Origin: Pseudothermotoga sp.
GTDB lineage: Bacteria > Thermotogota > Thermotogae > Thermotogales > DSM-5069
DNA: 64,000 nt
Assembly (NCBI GenBank): GCA_031962025.1
Contig: JAVRKW010000003.1
Strand: one strand, 5' to 3'
The position numbers and the translations under genes are program-made. The number at the start of each line of letters is the position of its first letter. Position 1 is the first letter of the stretch. Under the pieces are notes generated by a model. The model was not told the DNA's origin and ran no database searches. It worked only from the letters and a program-made list of their open reading frames with translations. Of this stretch, positions 1 through 9,523 are shown in pieces.

Positions 1-39
1 CCTTCTGATCTTCAATTTTTAAAAAGAAAATCACTGATT

Positions 40-69
40 TTGACTTGAACCTGGAATAAGTGTTATAAT
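40..69 (+). promoter_or_regulatory. sigma70-type promoter for FN3 lipoprotein/S8 protease operon
   Basis: TTGACT (40-45), 18 nt spacer, TGn-TATAAT (61-69). Confidence 0.7.
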
Positions 70-179
70 TGTCGCGATATTAAACTTATTTAATCGCAGG
101 AATAAGTTTATTTAAAATGCCAGTTTTTTATTATATCTAAAACGAAAATGGTTTTTGACTTCACAAAGGGGGTGTATTG

Positions 180-2036
180 ATGAGTAAGAAGTGGTTGTTG
201 TTAGTAGGTGTTATTGTAGTGGCACTGTATGGATGCTTTGGTCCTATCAACCGCATTCCGCAGGTTTCTTTGATCTATCCACAAGATGGTGCGCAGTTGG
301 CAGTTCTTGCTTCGACAAAAGCCGTGACATTGAAATCCACTGCGACAGATCCAGAAGGGCAGAGTCTGACTTTCGATGTCTACATGGGAACAAGTGCTTC
401 TAATCTTTCAAAGATTGCAACTGTCAACGAGCCGGAGTACACTGTGGAAAATCTAACACCCGGGCAAACCTACTACTGGAAGGTTGTTGTTTCTGACGGT
501 AAAAACTTCGTGGAAAGTCCTGTTTGGAGATTCACCGTTGGTGGCAATCATTCACTGGTGAAGGTACTTGACTTTACAACTGGAAGTGCAACTGTTGGAG
601 CAACTGTAGACATCCTTCAGGGTTCACAGAAAATCATCTCAACGACGACAGATGAAAATGGTCATGCGGAGTTCTATCTACCTGATGGCAGATACGACAT
701 TAAAATCACCGGTGAAGGAAAAGCCACAAGCATGGTTCAAAACTACGATCCAAAAATTTTACAGACCATAGAAACACTTTCAAGAAGAGCCATGACAGAT
801 TACGATGTTATTCCAGATGTAACCGTGCAACTGTTCACACCAGAAGGCACTCCCATAACTGACCCAGAGGCTACGACACTGACATTTGACTCTATAAAGG
901 TCAAGGTCACAAGCTCAGAATTGATGAATGTAATGTACATTGCTCTGGACTATGTGCCCAGTGCTGTTGCAAGGGATGCTTCTGTTTTAAATGTCAGTGA
1001 GTACACAGCAACATTGTCTCTTTCAAGATTCGATAATGTCACAGTTCCAATGCATGTTGTAGTTTACACAGTTAATGATTCAAGATTGGACAAAATCGTT
1101 TATCTTACAATCGACAGAAATCCACCAGAAGTTACCAGCAGGGTTGCCCCCACAGGACTTTGGTATTTTGGCTGGACAAGCGATGCCGATGTGGAATATT
1201 ACAGACTGCCCAATCCAATTAAACAGATTCTTGAAAAAAGATTGCCAAAAGAGATGATTGAAGAGCTCAAAAACTACAAGCCCGAGCACAACATACCAGA
1301 AACGAACATTTTTGTACAGCTTGCCTGGACTCATGCACCAGCTACTAACAGAGCCGGGTACAACATCTACAGATCAACTGATGGTGAGAATTGGGAAAAA
1401 ATAGCATTCACCACAACTTATTACCGGTTTGATAAGGGCTTTGATCTTGAGCCGGGTAAAAAATACTATTACACGGTTAGGACAGTCTATAAGGATGGAA
1501 CTGAATCAGAAAACAGCAACGTTGTTGAAGTGATACCGCTTGATCTATTCAAGGTCAAACTGATTTCTCCTTCGGATAATGAAACAAATGTTTCAAGAAC
1601 ACCAACTTTCAGATGGAAACCAGTTGACTGGAGAGATCAAAATTCAACACCGCACATAGGTGGAGATCTCATAGACGATGAAGACATTCTTTTCATTTAC
1701 GAAAACAGCCCTTGGATTTACGATCAGGCTGTAAGTGATCAGCATATTTTTTATAATGCAAATATTGTAACTGGTGGACCACAGGAAGTAATACTTGCGT
1801 TTGATCCATACTCTGACAATGACTGGACAAGAATTTTGCCAGATGGAAGTAGAGTAGGTCAATCAGAGCCTCTTGAAAAATTCAAAACCTATGAATGGGG
1901 ACTTGATTTAGCAGTTGCTCTTTATCAAACAGATGATGGATATTGGGTTTCTTCAACGATTGATCTTGGATATGGTTATGATAGATGGACAAATGAAGCT
2001 GATTATTACAATCGATTCACAACGGGCGAGAACTGA
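180..2036 (+). CDS. Fibronectin type III domain lipoprotein with carboxypeptidase-regulatory-like domain
   Basis: Signal peptide with lipobox LYGC; FN3 signatures (LTPGQTYYWKV, LEPGKKYYYTVR); SD GGGGGTG; ATG 180 preferred over TTG 177. Confidence 0.75.
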   Translation: MSKKWLLLVGVIVVALYGCFGPINRIPQVSLIYPQDGAQLAVLASTKAVTLKSTATDPEGQSLTFDVYMGTSASNLSKIATVNEPEYTVENLTPGQTYYWKVVVSDGKNFVESPVWRFTVGGNHSLVKVLDFTTGSATVGATVDILQGSQKIISTTTDENGHAEFYLPDGRYDIKITGEGKATSMVQNYDPKILQTIETLSRRAMTDYDVIPDVTVQLFTPEGTPITDPEATTLTFDSIKVKVTSSELMNVMYIALDYVPSAVARDASVLNVSEYTATLSLSRFDNVTVPMHVVVYTVNDSRLDKIVYLTIDRNPPEVTSRVAPTGLWYFGWTSDADVEYYRLPNPIKQILEKRLPKEMIEELKNYKPEHNIPETNIFVQLAWTHAPATNRAGYNIYRSTDGENWEKIAFTTTYYRFDKGFDLEPGKKYYYTVRTVYKDGTESENSNVVEVIPLDLFKVKLISPSDNETNVSRTPTFRWKPVDWRDQNSTPHIGGDLIDDEDILFIYENSPWIYDQAVSDQHIFYNANIVTGGPQEVILAFDPYSDNDWTRILPDGSRVGQSEPLEKFKTYEWGLDLAVALYQTDDGYWVSSTIDLGYGYDRWTNEADYYNRFTTGEN

Positions 2037-2053
2037 GATAGAAGGGGGTGAAA

Positions 2054-3784
2054 ATGATGAAGAGATTGATTGTCGTATTGACTTTAAGTGTTGTTTTATT
2101 ACTCGCAGGATGTATGAGCAATATTCAAAAAGATTCTAAGCCTGAAGATATAGTAGCGGCAATAGACAAAGATGCAGAGCCAATGAGCAATGTAGTCATC
2201 ATCGGATACAAAGATGGAAACAGACAAGATGTGATAAATCTGATCAAATCAATAGACGAAAATGCGACAGTGCGCGTCGATCTAAAACTCAGCCAGACAA
2301 ATGTCATAAGTTTTAACACGTCTAAAGATTACAGCACGATCAGACAAGAAATCATCGATAAACTTAAAGCCGACGAAACACTGAAAGAAAAGATCAACTA
2401 CGTTGAACCAAGTTATAAGAGATATTTGATCGAGCCAGTTACCAACAACAACTGGAAAGATACGGAGCTGTTGACAAAAACAAAACAAACCTATGTAAAC
2501 CAGCAGGAAGAGTTTTTTGAAAAGTACATGTGGGGTATCAGAAAGGTGAAAGCACCTGAAGCGTGGAATATGGGATATACAGGCAAAGGAGTCATCGTGG
2601 CTGTTGTCGACACAGGCGTCGATGGAACTCACCCCGATTTACAGGGTCAGCTTGTTGAAGGATACAGACCATTAACAGATGAACTTTTGCCACCCGATTC
2701 AGACAGCTCTTTTGGTGGATCTCACGGAACACATGTTGCCGGCACAATAGCTGCAAGTGACAACTCAATAGGCGTTGTTGGTGTGGCACCAGATGCAAAG
2801 ATAATGCCAATCGTGATATTTGACACTGGTGAACCAGAAACTGGTGGAGATGGCGCTTACATAGGAGATGACTATGTAGCAGAAGGTTTTATGTGGGCTT
2901 TTGAACATGGTGCAAGGATTTTTTCTAACAGTTGGGGTGGAAAAGGTTATTCAATCACACTGGCTTATACTATTGCAGAAATTATGTATTATGGAGGAAT
3001 TTTTGTTGCTTCGGCTGGTAATAGCCACACAGATGAAATTCACTATCCATCGTGTTATCCTGGGGTTATAAATGTTGCTGCAAGTACAGCCAACGATGGT
3101 ATAACGCAATTTTCAACTCGTGGCAGATGGATAACTGTTGCAGCACCGGGTGATTTCACAATTCTTTCAACTGTTCCGCTTTGGGATGAGGAAGAATTTT
3201 TCGATGGAGAAAATCCGTATGCACTGTACGGTGGCACATCGATGGCTACTCCACATGTTTCTGGTGTAATTGCACTGCTTTTGGAAAAACTGGGACTGGG
3301 TGTCGATGGATTTGTTCCAACTGGGTCTAGCATACTTGATGGCAAGTCACGAGTGGCTTTAGAAACACCATACACAGCTTATCAAATAAGAAAACACATT
3401 GCGGCAACGGCAGATGATATCATGGCACCTGGTTTTGATCATGACAGTGGCTGGGGTAGAGTGAATGCACAAAAAGCTCTCACACAAGATCTTCCATCTG
3501 ATAAAGGTGCAAATGTTTATTTCCAATTTTATCTAACATCAGGAGAACCTGCTCCTTACGTTTATGTGACGCTCTATCCGCACGACGATACTGTACCAGT
3601 TTATTATGGAAAATCATATGATGATGGCTCTCTGCCAATTATCGGTATCGAGCCGGGTGTATATGATGTGTACATGGCTTATGGCGATGCCGCATATTTG
3701 GGAATATCTACTAGTGAGCAAAAGACCTATCATAAGACAATAACTATTCAAAGTGGCGATAATCCTATCGTGCAGGTTTTTTGA
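2054..3784 (+). CDS. S8 subtilisin-like serine protease lipoprotein (fervidolysin/islandisin-like)
   Basis: Lipobox LLAGC, propeptide, catalytic motifs VAVVDTG, HGTHVAG, AGN, GTSMATPHV. Confidence 0.92.
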   Translation: MMKRLIVVLTLSVVLLLAGCMSNIQKDSKPEDIVAAIDKDAEPMSNVVIIGYKDGNRQDVINLIKSIDENATVRVDLKLSQTNVISFNTSKDYSTIRQEIIDKLKADETLKEKINYVEPSYKRYLIEPVTNNNWKDTELLTKTKQTYVNQQEEFFEKYMWGIRKVKAPEAWNMGYTGKGVIVAVVDTGVDGTHPDLQGQLVEGYRPLTDELLPPDSDSSFGGSHGTHVAGTIAASDNSIGVVGVAPDAKIMPIVIFDTGEPETGGDGAYIGDDYVAEGFMWAFEHGARIFSNSWGGKGYSITLAYTIAEIMYYGGIFVASAGNSHTDEIHYPSCYPGVINVAASTANDGITQFSTRGRWITVAAPGDFTILSTVPLWDEEEFFDGENPYALYGGTSMATPHVSGVIALLLEKLGLGVDGFVPTGSSILDGKSRVALETPYTAYQIRKHIAATADDIMAPGFDHDSGWGRVNAQKALTQDLPSDKGANVYFQFYLTSGEPAPYVYVTLYPHDDTVPVYYGKSYDDGSLPIIGIEPGVYDVYMAYGDAAYLGISTSEQKTYHKTITIQSGDNPIVQVF

Positions 3785-3800
3785 TGTACTAATGTTGAAC

Positions 3801-3831
3801 AAAAAAGAGGGGCTTTTGCCCCTCTTTTTTT
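3801..3831 (+). terminator. Rho-independent terminator (symmetric)
   Basis: AAAAAAGAGGGGC-TTTT-GCCCCTCTTTTTTT. Confidence 0.9.
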
Positions 3832-3966
3832 AGCAACATTTTTGTTCAGGACAACCTTTAAACGATCTTTTGAGTACAAAGTAAAACTGTCAAGATGTTC
3901 TGAATGTGTCAAGCTTGTTTAATAAATTAGAAAGCATGCGTTTTTGTAGGTGAATGGCAGTTCACA

Positions 3967-3975
3967 TGGTACAAT
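3967..3975 (+). promoter_or_regulatory. Extended -10 promoter upstream of lpdA
   Basis: TG-G-TACAAT about 17 nt before SD GGAGGTG. Confidence 0.5.
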
Positions 3976-4005
3976 TTTTTTGTCATGTCACAGGAGGTGG
4001 TTGTT

Positions 4006-5361
4006 TTGTACGATGCAGTTGTGATCGGTGCCGGTCCAGGTGGATATGTTGCCGCAATAAAACTTGGACAGAGAGGTAAAAAAGTTGCGTTGGTGGAAAA
4101 GTCATTTGTCGGTGGTACATGCACAAACTGGGGCTGTATACCGACAAAAGCGCTTTTGAGCAGTGTTCATCTTTATTCAGAGATCGTGGAAAAATCAAAG
4201 CAGTTGGGTGTGAATGTGGAGAATGTACAGTACGACTTTTCTGCGATGAAAAATCACATGAACAGAGTTGTCACCATGTCCAGAAAAGGCATCGAATATC
4301 TGCTGAAAAAGTACAATATCGAACTCATAAACGCACAGGCAACGATAGAATCACACAACCTTGTGAGAGCAGGTGAATTGAAACTTGAAACCAGAAACAT
4401 AGTCATCGCAACGGGTTCTTACCCGTCGCTGATACCACCATTTGATGGAGTACCCGGTGTCTGGACAAGTGACGATGTTTTTAAGATGGAAAATCTACCA
4501 CAGAGCATCTTGATAGTTGGCGGTGGAGTGATAGGTGTTGAATTTGCGACCTTTTTCTCTGCGCTGAAAGTACCGGTTGTCATTGTCGAACTCATGGAGC
4601 ACATACTTCCAACAGAAGATAAAGATGTGGCAGAGCTGATAGCCAGATCACTTAAAAAAAGAGGGGTACAGATATACGAGTCTTCAAAAGTAACTGGTGT
4701 TGAGCCGGTAGACGGAGGTTTTAAATGTTCAATAGAAACAAAAGAAGGAACGATTGAAAAAATATCACACAAGGTTCTCGTCTCTATTGGAAGAAGACCG
4801 AAGATAGGTGAAGATGTCAAAGCGCTTGGTATTGAAATACAAAGAGGGATTAAGACAAATCAAAAGATGCAGACAAATATTCCAAATATCTATGCCGTCG
4901 GCGATGTGAGAGGTCAGATAATGTTGGCGCATGTCGCTATGTGTGAGGGTGTTGTGGCGGCGAAAAACATCTGTGGTGAGGAAGCACACATGGATTATTC
5001 GGCGGTGCCAAGCGTGATATTTTCAAATCCAGAGATTGCGAGTGTTGGAGTACATGAAAAAGATGTTGATCCTTCCAAGGTCAAGATATTCTCATTCCCG
5101 CTGAGCGCAAACGGAAGGGCAAGAACGATTTTGGAAAAGGAAGGTTTTGCAAAGTTGATCGCAGATAAGCAAACTTTGAGAGTGCTCGGTATGACGATCG
5201 TCAGCCCATCGGCAACCGATATGATAATGGAAGGTGTTATAGCAGTTAGAAACGGTCTGAATGCAAAACAGCTCGAAGAATCCATCCATCCACATCCAAC
5301 CCTGACCGAGACGGTTCTCGGTGCCATAGAAGGCGTTGTTGAAATGCCGATACATCTGTAG
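4006..5361 (+). CDS. lpdA: Dihydrolipoamide dehydrogenase
   Basis: GAGPGG FAD motif, GGTCTNWGCIP redox disulfide, GGGVIG, C-terminal HPHPTLTE; TTG start after SD GGAGGTG. Confidence 0.93.
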   Translation: MYDAVVIGAGPGGYVAAIKLGQRGKKVALVEKSFVGGTCTNWGCIPTKALLSSVHLYSEIVEKSKQLGVNVENVQYDFSAMKNHMNRVVTMSRKGIEYLLKKYNIELINAQATIESHNLVRAGELKLETRNIVIATGSYPSLIPPFDGVPGVWTSDDVFKMENLPQSILIVGGGVIGVEFATFFSALKVPVVIVELMEHILPTEDKDVAELIARSLKKRGVQIYESSKVTGVEPVDGGFKCSIETKEGTIEKISHKVLVSIGRRPKIGEDVKALGIEIQRGIKTNQKMQTNIPNIYAVGDVRGQIMLAHVAMCEGVVAAKNICGEEAHMDYSAVPSVIFSNPEIASVGVHEKDVDPSKVKIFSFPLSANGRARTILEKEGFAKLIADKQTLRVLGMTIVSPSATDMIMEGVIAVRNGLNAKQLEESIHPHPTLTETVLGAIEGVVEMPIHL

Positions 5362-5389
5362 CCCTTATAAATTCACGGAGGTGATGCCC

Positions 5390-5698
5390 TTGCGCAGAAT
5401 AACAGCTCACCCGATCCTGGATGTCAAAACACCCAAGATCGTGAAGTTTTTCTTCGAAGGCAGAGAACTTGAAGCCTTTGAGGGAGAGACGATAGCCGCG
5501 GCACTTGTGGCAAATGGCATCGATGTCTTTGGACAGACAGAACATTCAAGACCAAGGGGATTTTACTGTGCAATAGGTAAGTGCTCTTCGTGCCTTGTAA
5601 TCGTCGACGGCGTACCAAATGTTCGAAGCTGTATCACTCTTGTTAGAGAAGGAATGCAGGTGAAAAGGCAGATTGGCAGAGGTGAAATAACATGGTGA
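5390..5698 (+). CDS. 2Fe-2S protein (N-terminal module of sarcosine oxidase/proline dehydrogenase alpha-type subunit)
   Basis: GETIAAAL...RPRGFYCAIGKCSSC...RSC; TTG start after GGAGGTG. Confidence 0.85.
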   Translation: MRRITAHPILDVKTPKIVKFFFEGRELEAFEGETIAAALVANGIDVFGQTEHSRPRGFYCAIGKCSSCLVIVDGVPNVRSCITLVREGMQVKRQIGRGEITW

Positions 5699-7491
5699 AG
5701 ACAGACTTTCTAATAATCGGAGGTGGACCGGCTGGTTTGAGCGCAGCAGTTGAGACCGGTAGGAGAAATATCAAGACGTTGATCGTAGACGAAGGTGTCG
5801 AACTCGGCGGTCAGTTGGTTAAACAGACGCATAAATTTTTCGGACATGAGGGATTCTATGCTTCGGTCAGAGGCTTTGAGATAGCGAAAAAATTGATCTC
5901 GCAACTGAATGAAAATGTTACCGTCATGAAGCAAACGATCGTAACAGGTATATACGAAGATGTTGTAACCGCATACGATAGAGAGAAAGATCTGGTCGTT
6001 GAAATAGAACCAAAGTATATTCTCATCTCTACTGGTGCCAGTGAACGTTTTATCCCTTTTAAAAACAATCACTTGCCCGGTGTTTACGGTGCCGGAGCGG
6101 TGCAGACGTTGATGAATCAGTTCATGGTCTTGCCCGGCAAGAGAGTGCTGATGGTTGGTTCTGGAAATATCGGTTTGATCGTTTCTTACCAACTTTTACA
6201 GGCTGGCGCACAGGTAAAGGCAATTGTGGAAATAGCAGACAAGGTTGGAGGTTATCAGGTTCATGCCGCAAAGGTAAAGAGACTTGGCGTTCCAATTTTG
6301 CTCAGGCATACGATTAAAGAGGCGATTGGAGAAGAAAAGGTCGAAGGTGCTGTGATAGCTCAGGTGGATGAGAAATTCAATATAATTGCAGGCAGTGAGA
6401 AAGAACTCGCTGTTGACATGATATGTGTGGCAGTGGGGCTTTTGCCGTCGATTGAACTTGCACAGATGGCAGGCGTGAGAATTGAATATGTTCCAGAGCT
6501 TGGAGGATATGTGCCTTACAGAGATAAAGAGATGAGGACCAATATCAAAAACATCTTTGTTGCAGGAGATCTTGCTGGAATTGAAGAAGCGACAACAGCG
6601 ATGATAGAGGGCAGAATAGCGGGACTTGTTGTTTCAAGAGAACTGACCGGTGTGGACCAGCCGGATCTTGAGAAGATGCAAAAAGAGCTGGTTGAATTCA
6701 GATCAGGACCATTTTCAGACAAGGTTAGAAGGGGATTGGAAAGATTTTTCCCACAACAGGTGCTGAGTTACTCAAAAGATACTCAGAAAGATACTGGACC
6801 TGTTGGAAAGTTGAGACCTGTAATAGAGTGTTATGAAAACATACCGTGTAACCCGTGCCAGACATCATGTCCATCAGGAGCGATCAGTGTACATCAGAAC
6901 ATAAACAGTTTGCCGGTCATTGATTATTCAAAGTGCACAGGTTGCGGTATCTGTGTAATCAAATGTCCCGGTCTTGCGATCTTCATGGTACAGGAAAACT
7001 ATCAGCCCGGTAGAGATCTGGTTGTTTTGCCTTATGAATTTTCACCTTTACCGGAAAAAGGTCAGAAGGTCATCGCACTGGATCGTGAAGGGAAAGAGGT
7101 CACACAGGCAGAGATCGTCAAAGTCGTCAAGTCTGCCAACAAAACACACTTGGTTCACCTGGCAGTTCCATCTGGCTTTGGACAGATAGTCAGAAGTTTT
7201 CGTTTACCAGAAAAGGCTGATTCGCTTGTCTGCAGATGTGAGGAGGTAACTCTTGAGGAAGTTGAAAAAGCTATAGACGAAGGCTACACGGACTATGAAG
7301 AACTCAGAAGGTATTTGAGAATTGGTATGGGACCGTGCGGTGGAAGAACATGCAGAGCGATCACACTTGGGATTCTCCAAAGAAAGACAAAAAAGAGTGC
7401 AGGTGAGATTAGTTTTGGCACACTCAGGCCACCTTCGATGCCGGTGAAATTCGATTCGATTGTCAAGGGAGAGATAGAAGATGAAAAATGA
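5692..7491 (+). CDS. FAD/NAD(P) oxidoreductase fused to 4Fe-4S ferredoxin and BFD-like 2Fe-2S domains
   Basis: GGGPAG, GSGNIG; CYENIPCNPCQTSCP, CTGCGICVIKCP; VCRCEEV...GPCGGRTC. Confidence 0.88.
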   Translation: MVKTDFLIIGGGPAGLSAAVETGRRNIKTLIVDEGVELGGQLVKQTHKFFGHEGFYASVRGFEIAKKLISQLNENVTVMKQTIVTGIYEDVVTAYDREKDLVVEIEPKYILISTGASERFIPFKNNHLPGVYGAGAVQTLMNQFMVLPGKRVLMVGSGNIGLIVSYQLLQAGAQVKAIVEIADKVGGYQVHAAKVKRLGVPILLRHTIKEAIGEEKVEGAVIAQVDEKFNIIAGSEKELAVDMICVAVGLLPSIELAQMAGVRIEYVPELGGYVPYRDKEMRTNIKNIFVAGDLAGIEEATTAMIEGRIAGLVVSRELTGVDQPDLEKMQKELVEFRSGPFSDKVRRGLERFFPQQVLSYSKDTQKDTGPVGKLRPVIECYENIPCNPCQTSCPSGAISVHQNINSLPVIDYSKCTGCGICVIKCPGLAIFMVQENYQPGRDLVVLPYEFSPLPEKGQKVIALDREGKEVTQAEIVKVVKSANKTHLVHLAVPSGFGQIVRSFRLPEKADSLVCRCEEVTLEEVEKAIDEGYTDYEELRRYLRIGMGPCGGRTCRAITLGILQRKTKKSAGEISFGTLRPPSMPVKFDSIVKGEIEDEK

Positions 7492-8620
7492 ATACAGGGT
7501 GGCGATCATAGGTGGAGGAATAGTTGGTTGTTCAATAGCCTATCATCTTGCAAAGTTCGGTGAGAGCGATGTAATAGTTTTTGAAAAAAATTATCTGAGC
7601 TCTGGTTCAACTGGAAGGTGTGCAGGTGGCATAAGGCAACAGTGGAGTTCACCGAACAATGTGATACTGGCTAAAAGAAGTGTGTCACTTTTTGAAAAAC
7701 TTTCAGATGAAACAGGCGTTGACATAGAGTACAAACAGGGAGGATACCTGGTTCTCTCATACGACGATCAGGAAGCCGCACAGTTTGAAAAAAACGTCCG
7801 GATGCAGAGAGAACTTGGACTGGACGTTCAGATTTTCACACCACGGCAGGTTAAAGAGAAATACCCATATATCGATGTGAGTGGAGTCAAACTGGCAACC
7901 TTTTGCCAGAAAGATGGTCATGCAAACCCGCACCTTGCAAATTTTGCTTATGCAAGAGCCGCACGAAGACTCGGAGTGAATATCATGACGCATACCGAGG
8001 TCATCGCGGTTGAAGTATTGGAAAATGGGTTTGAACTGTTCACGAACAGAGGTAAAACAACGGCTCAGATATTGATAAACGCGGCTGGACCTTATTCGAG
8101 AGAGGTCGCAAAAATGGTTGGCATGGATCTTCCAACCGAAAGTTACAGGCATCAGATAATGGTCACAGAAGCTGTGAAGAACTTTTTTGATCCGATGGCG
8201 ATAAGTTTTTCAGGAAATTTCTACATGAGACAGACCAAGCATGGACAGTTCATCATGGGTCAGGGTGATGCCGATGAAAAACCCGGTATAAACAACAACG
8301 TCACGTACAGGTTTGAAAAACAAATGGCAAGAAAAATGAGTAAGATCTTTCCGTTTTTGTCAAAGATCAGGATCGTGCGCCACTGGTCCGGGCATTATAA
8401 CATGTCACCCGATGCACAGCCGATTATTGGAGAATCTCCAAAGATACCGAATTTCTACTACGCAGTTGGTTTCAGCGGTCATGGTTTCATGCTTGCACCG
8501 GCGGTTGGTGAAGCACTTGCACAGATGATACTGTATGGTAAAACATTGCACGTGGATATCAGTGAGCTGAATCTTGATAGATTTGAAAAAGGTGTGGTAC
8601 GCGAGAAAAATGTGGTTTAG
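7481..8620 (+). CDS. FAD-dependent DAO-family oxidoreductase (sarcosine oxidase beta / proline dehydrogenase beta-like)
   Basis: GGGIVG, GSTGRCAGGIR, GFSGHGFMLAP. Confidence 0.88.
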   Translation: MKNEYRVAIIGGGIVGCSIAYHLAKFGESDVIVFEKNYLSSGSTGRCAGGIRQQWSSPNNVILAKRSVSLFEKLSDETGVDIEYKQGGYLVLSYDDQEAAQFEKNVRMQRELGLDVQIFTPRQVKEKYPYIDVSGVKLATFCQKDGHANPHLANFAYARAARRLGVNIMTHTEVIAVEVLENGFELFTNRGKTTAQILINAAGPYSREVAKMVGMDLPTESYRHQIMVTEAVKNFFDPMAISFSGNFYMRQTKHGQFIMGQGDADEKPGINNNVTYRFEKQMARKMSKIFPFLSKIRIVRHWSGHYNMSPDAQPIIGESPKIPNFYYAVGFSGHGFMLAPAVGEALAQMILYGKTLHVDISELNLDRFEKGVVREKNVV

Positions 8621-8631
8621 GAGGATGTGGT

Positions 8632-9132
8632 TTGGTCAAAAAACTGGTTTTTTTCCTGCTCTGGACAGCTTTAGCGACAGCTCTGATGTATTTTCTACAG
8701 TTGAATAATTCACCAACGCTGACAAGGATGTTTCTAGTGGTGAATTTTCTGACTGTTGTTGTTGCTCTCATCCACGGTACATTGATCGCGACACTGGTCG
8801 GGTTTTTTGCCCCGGTGAGTGGCTTTCTTGCCACGGGCATTTTGCAGATGAATTTTCTGATGGCGACGATCTTTGAGTCGGTAACGATCGGTTTTTTGAC
8901 GGGCTTTTTCTACAAAAAATTCAAAAATCTTTACCTGACGATCTTACTTGATTTTGTTGTGGCAAAAGCTGTTTTTATAGTCACGGTGTATTTTTTGAAG
9001 ACAGGCGCAAAACCATGGGTAGATCTTCTATATGGACTGATAGGTTTGGGACTGCAACTGATTTTCATTCCAGTAATTCACAAAATTCTGGTAAAATCAT
9101 CTAAGATCGAAGAACAAAAAGGAGGTATCTAA
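8632..9132 (+). CDS. Membrane protein, probable ECF transporter S component
   Basis: 166 aa, about 5-6 hydrophobic helices; pattern resembles ECF S components. Confidence 0.5.
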   Translation: MVKKLVFFLLWTALATALMYFLQLNNSPTLTRMFLVVNFLTVVVALIHGTLIATLVGFFAPVSGFLATGILQMNFLMATIFESVTIGFLTGFFYKKFKNLYLTILLDFVVAKAVFIVTVYFLKTGAKPWVDLLYGLIGLGLQLIFIPVIHKILVKSSKIEEQKGGI

Positions 9133-9133
9133 G

Positions 9134-9514
9134 GTGGAAATAATTTACAGTGCAGTACCAGGAGCAACGGGTAGCACTCCAAGCACAACTGCTACAGGTT
9201 CAGGTCTCAGTTTCATCTTTCTTCTGGTTATTCTCTTTGTGATGTTCTATTTTCTCATGATTCTACCTCAAAGAAGAAGGGAAAAGCAGTTTCGTGATAT
9301 GATCTCAAACATGAAGCGCGGCGACACCGTTATAACTGTCGGTGGAATCGTTGGGAAAATCATAGACATCAAGAAAGACACAGTCAAGATCAAGACAGCC
9401 ATGACGACGGAGCTGGAGATAACCAAAAGGGCAATAGCAACTGTTTTGAAAGAGGAAGCCAAGGAGAAAGAGGAATCAAAGGAACAGGAGGAAAAAGACA
9501 AGGAACAGAACTGA
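9134..9514 (+). CDS. yajC: Preprotein translocase subunit YajC
   Basis: TM helix + PQRRR...GDTVITVGGIVGKI; precedes secDF. Confidence 0.93.
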   Translation: MEIIYSAVPGATGSTPSTTATGSGLSFIFLLVILFVMFYFLMILPQRRREKQFRDMISNMKRGDTVITVGGIVGKIIDIKKDTVKIKTAMTTELEITKRAIATVLKEEAKEKEESKEQEEKDKEQN

Positions 9515-9523
9515 GGAGGGAAC

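Noticed and set aside
3888..3965. Two TGTCAAG copies (minus-strand TTGACA) and a GTGAA-N6-TTCAC palindrome upstream of lpdA
   Set aside because: No good -10 at 17 nt from either TTGACA; palindrome spacing does not fit the Rex box (N4); too short to call
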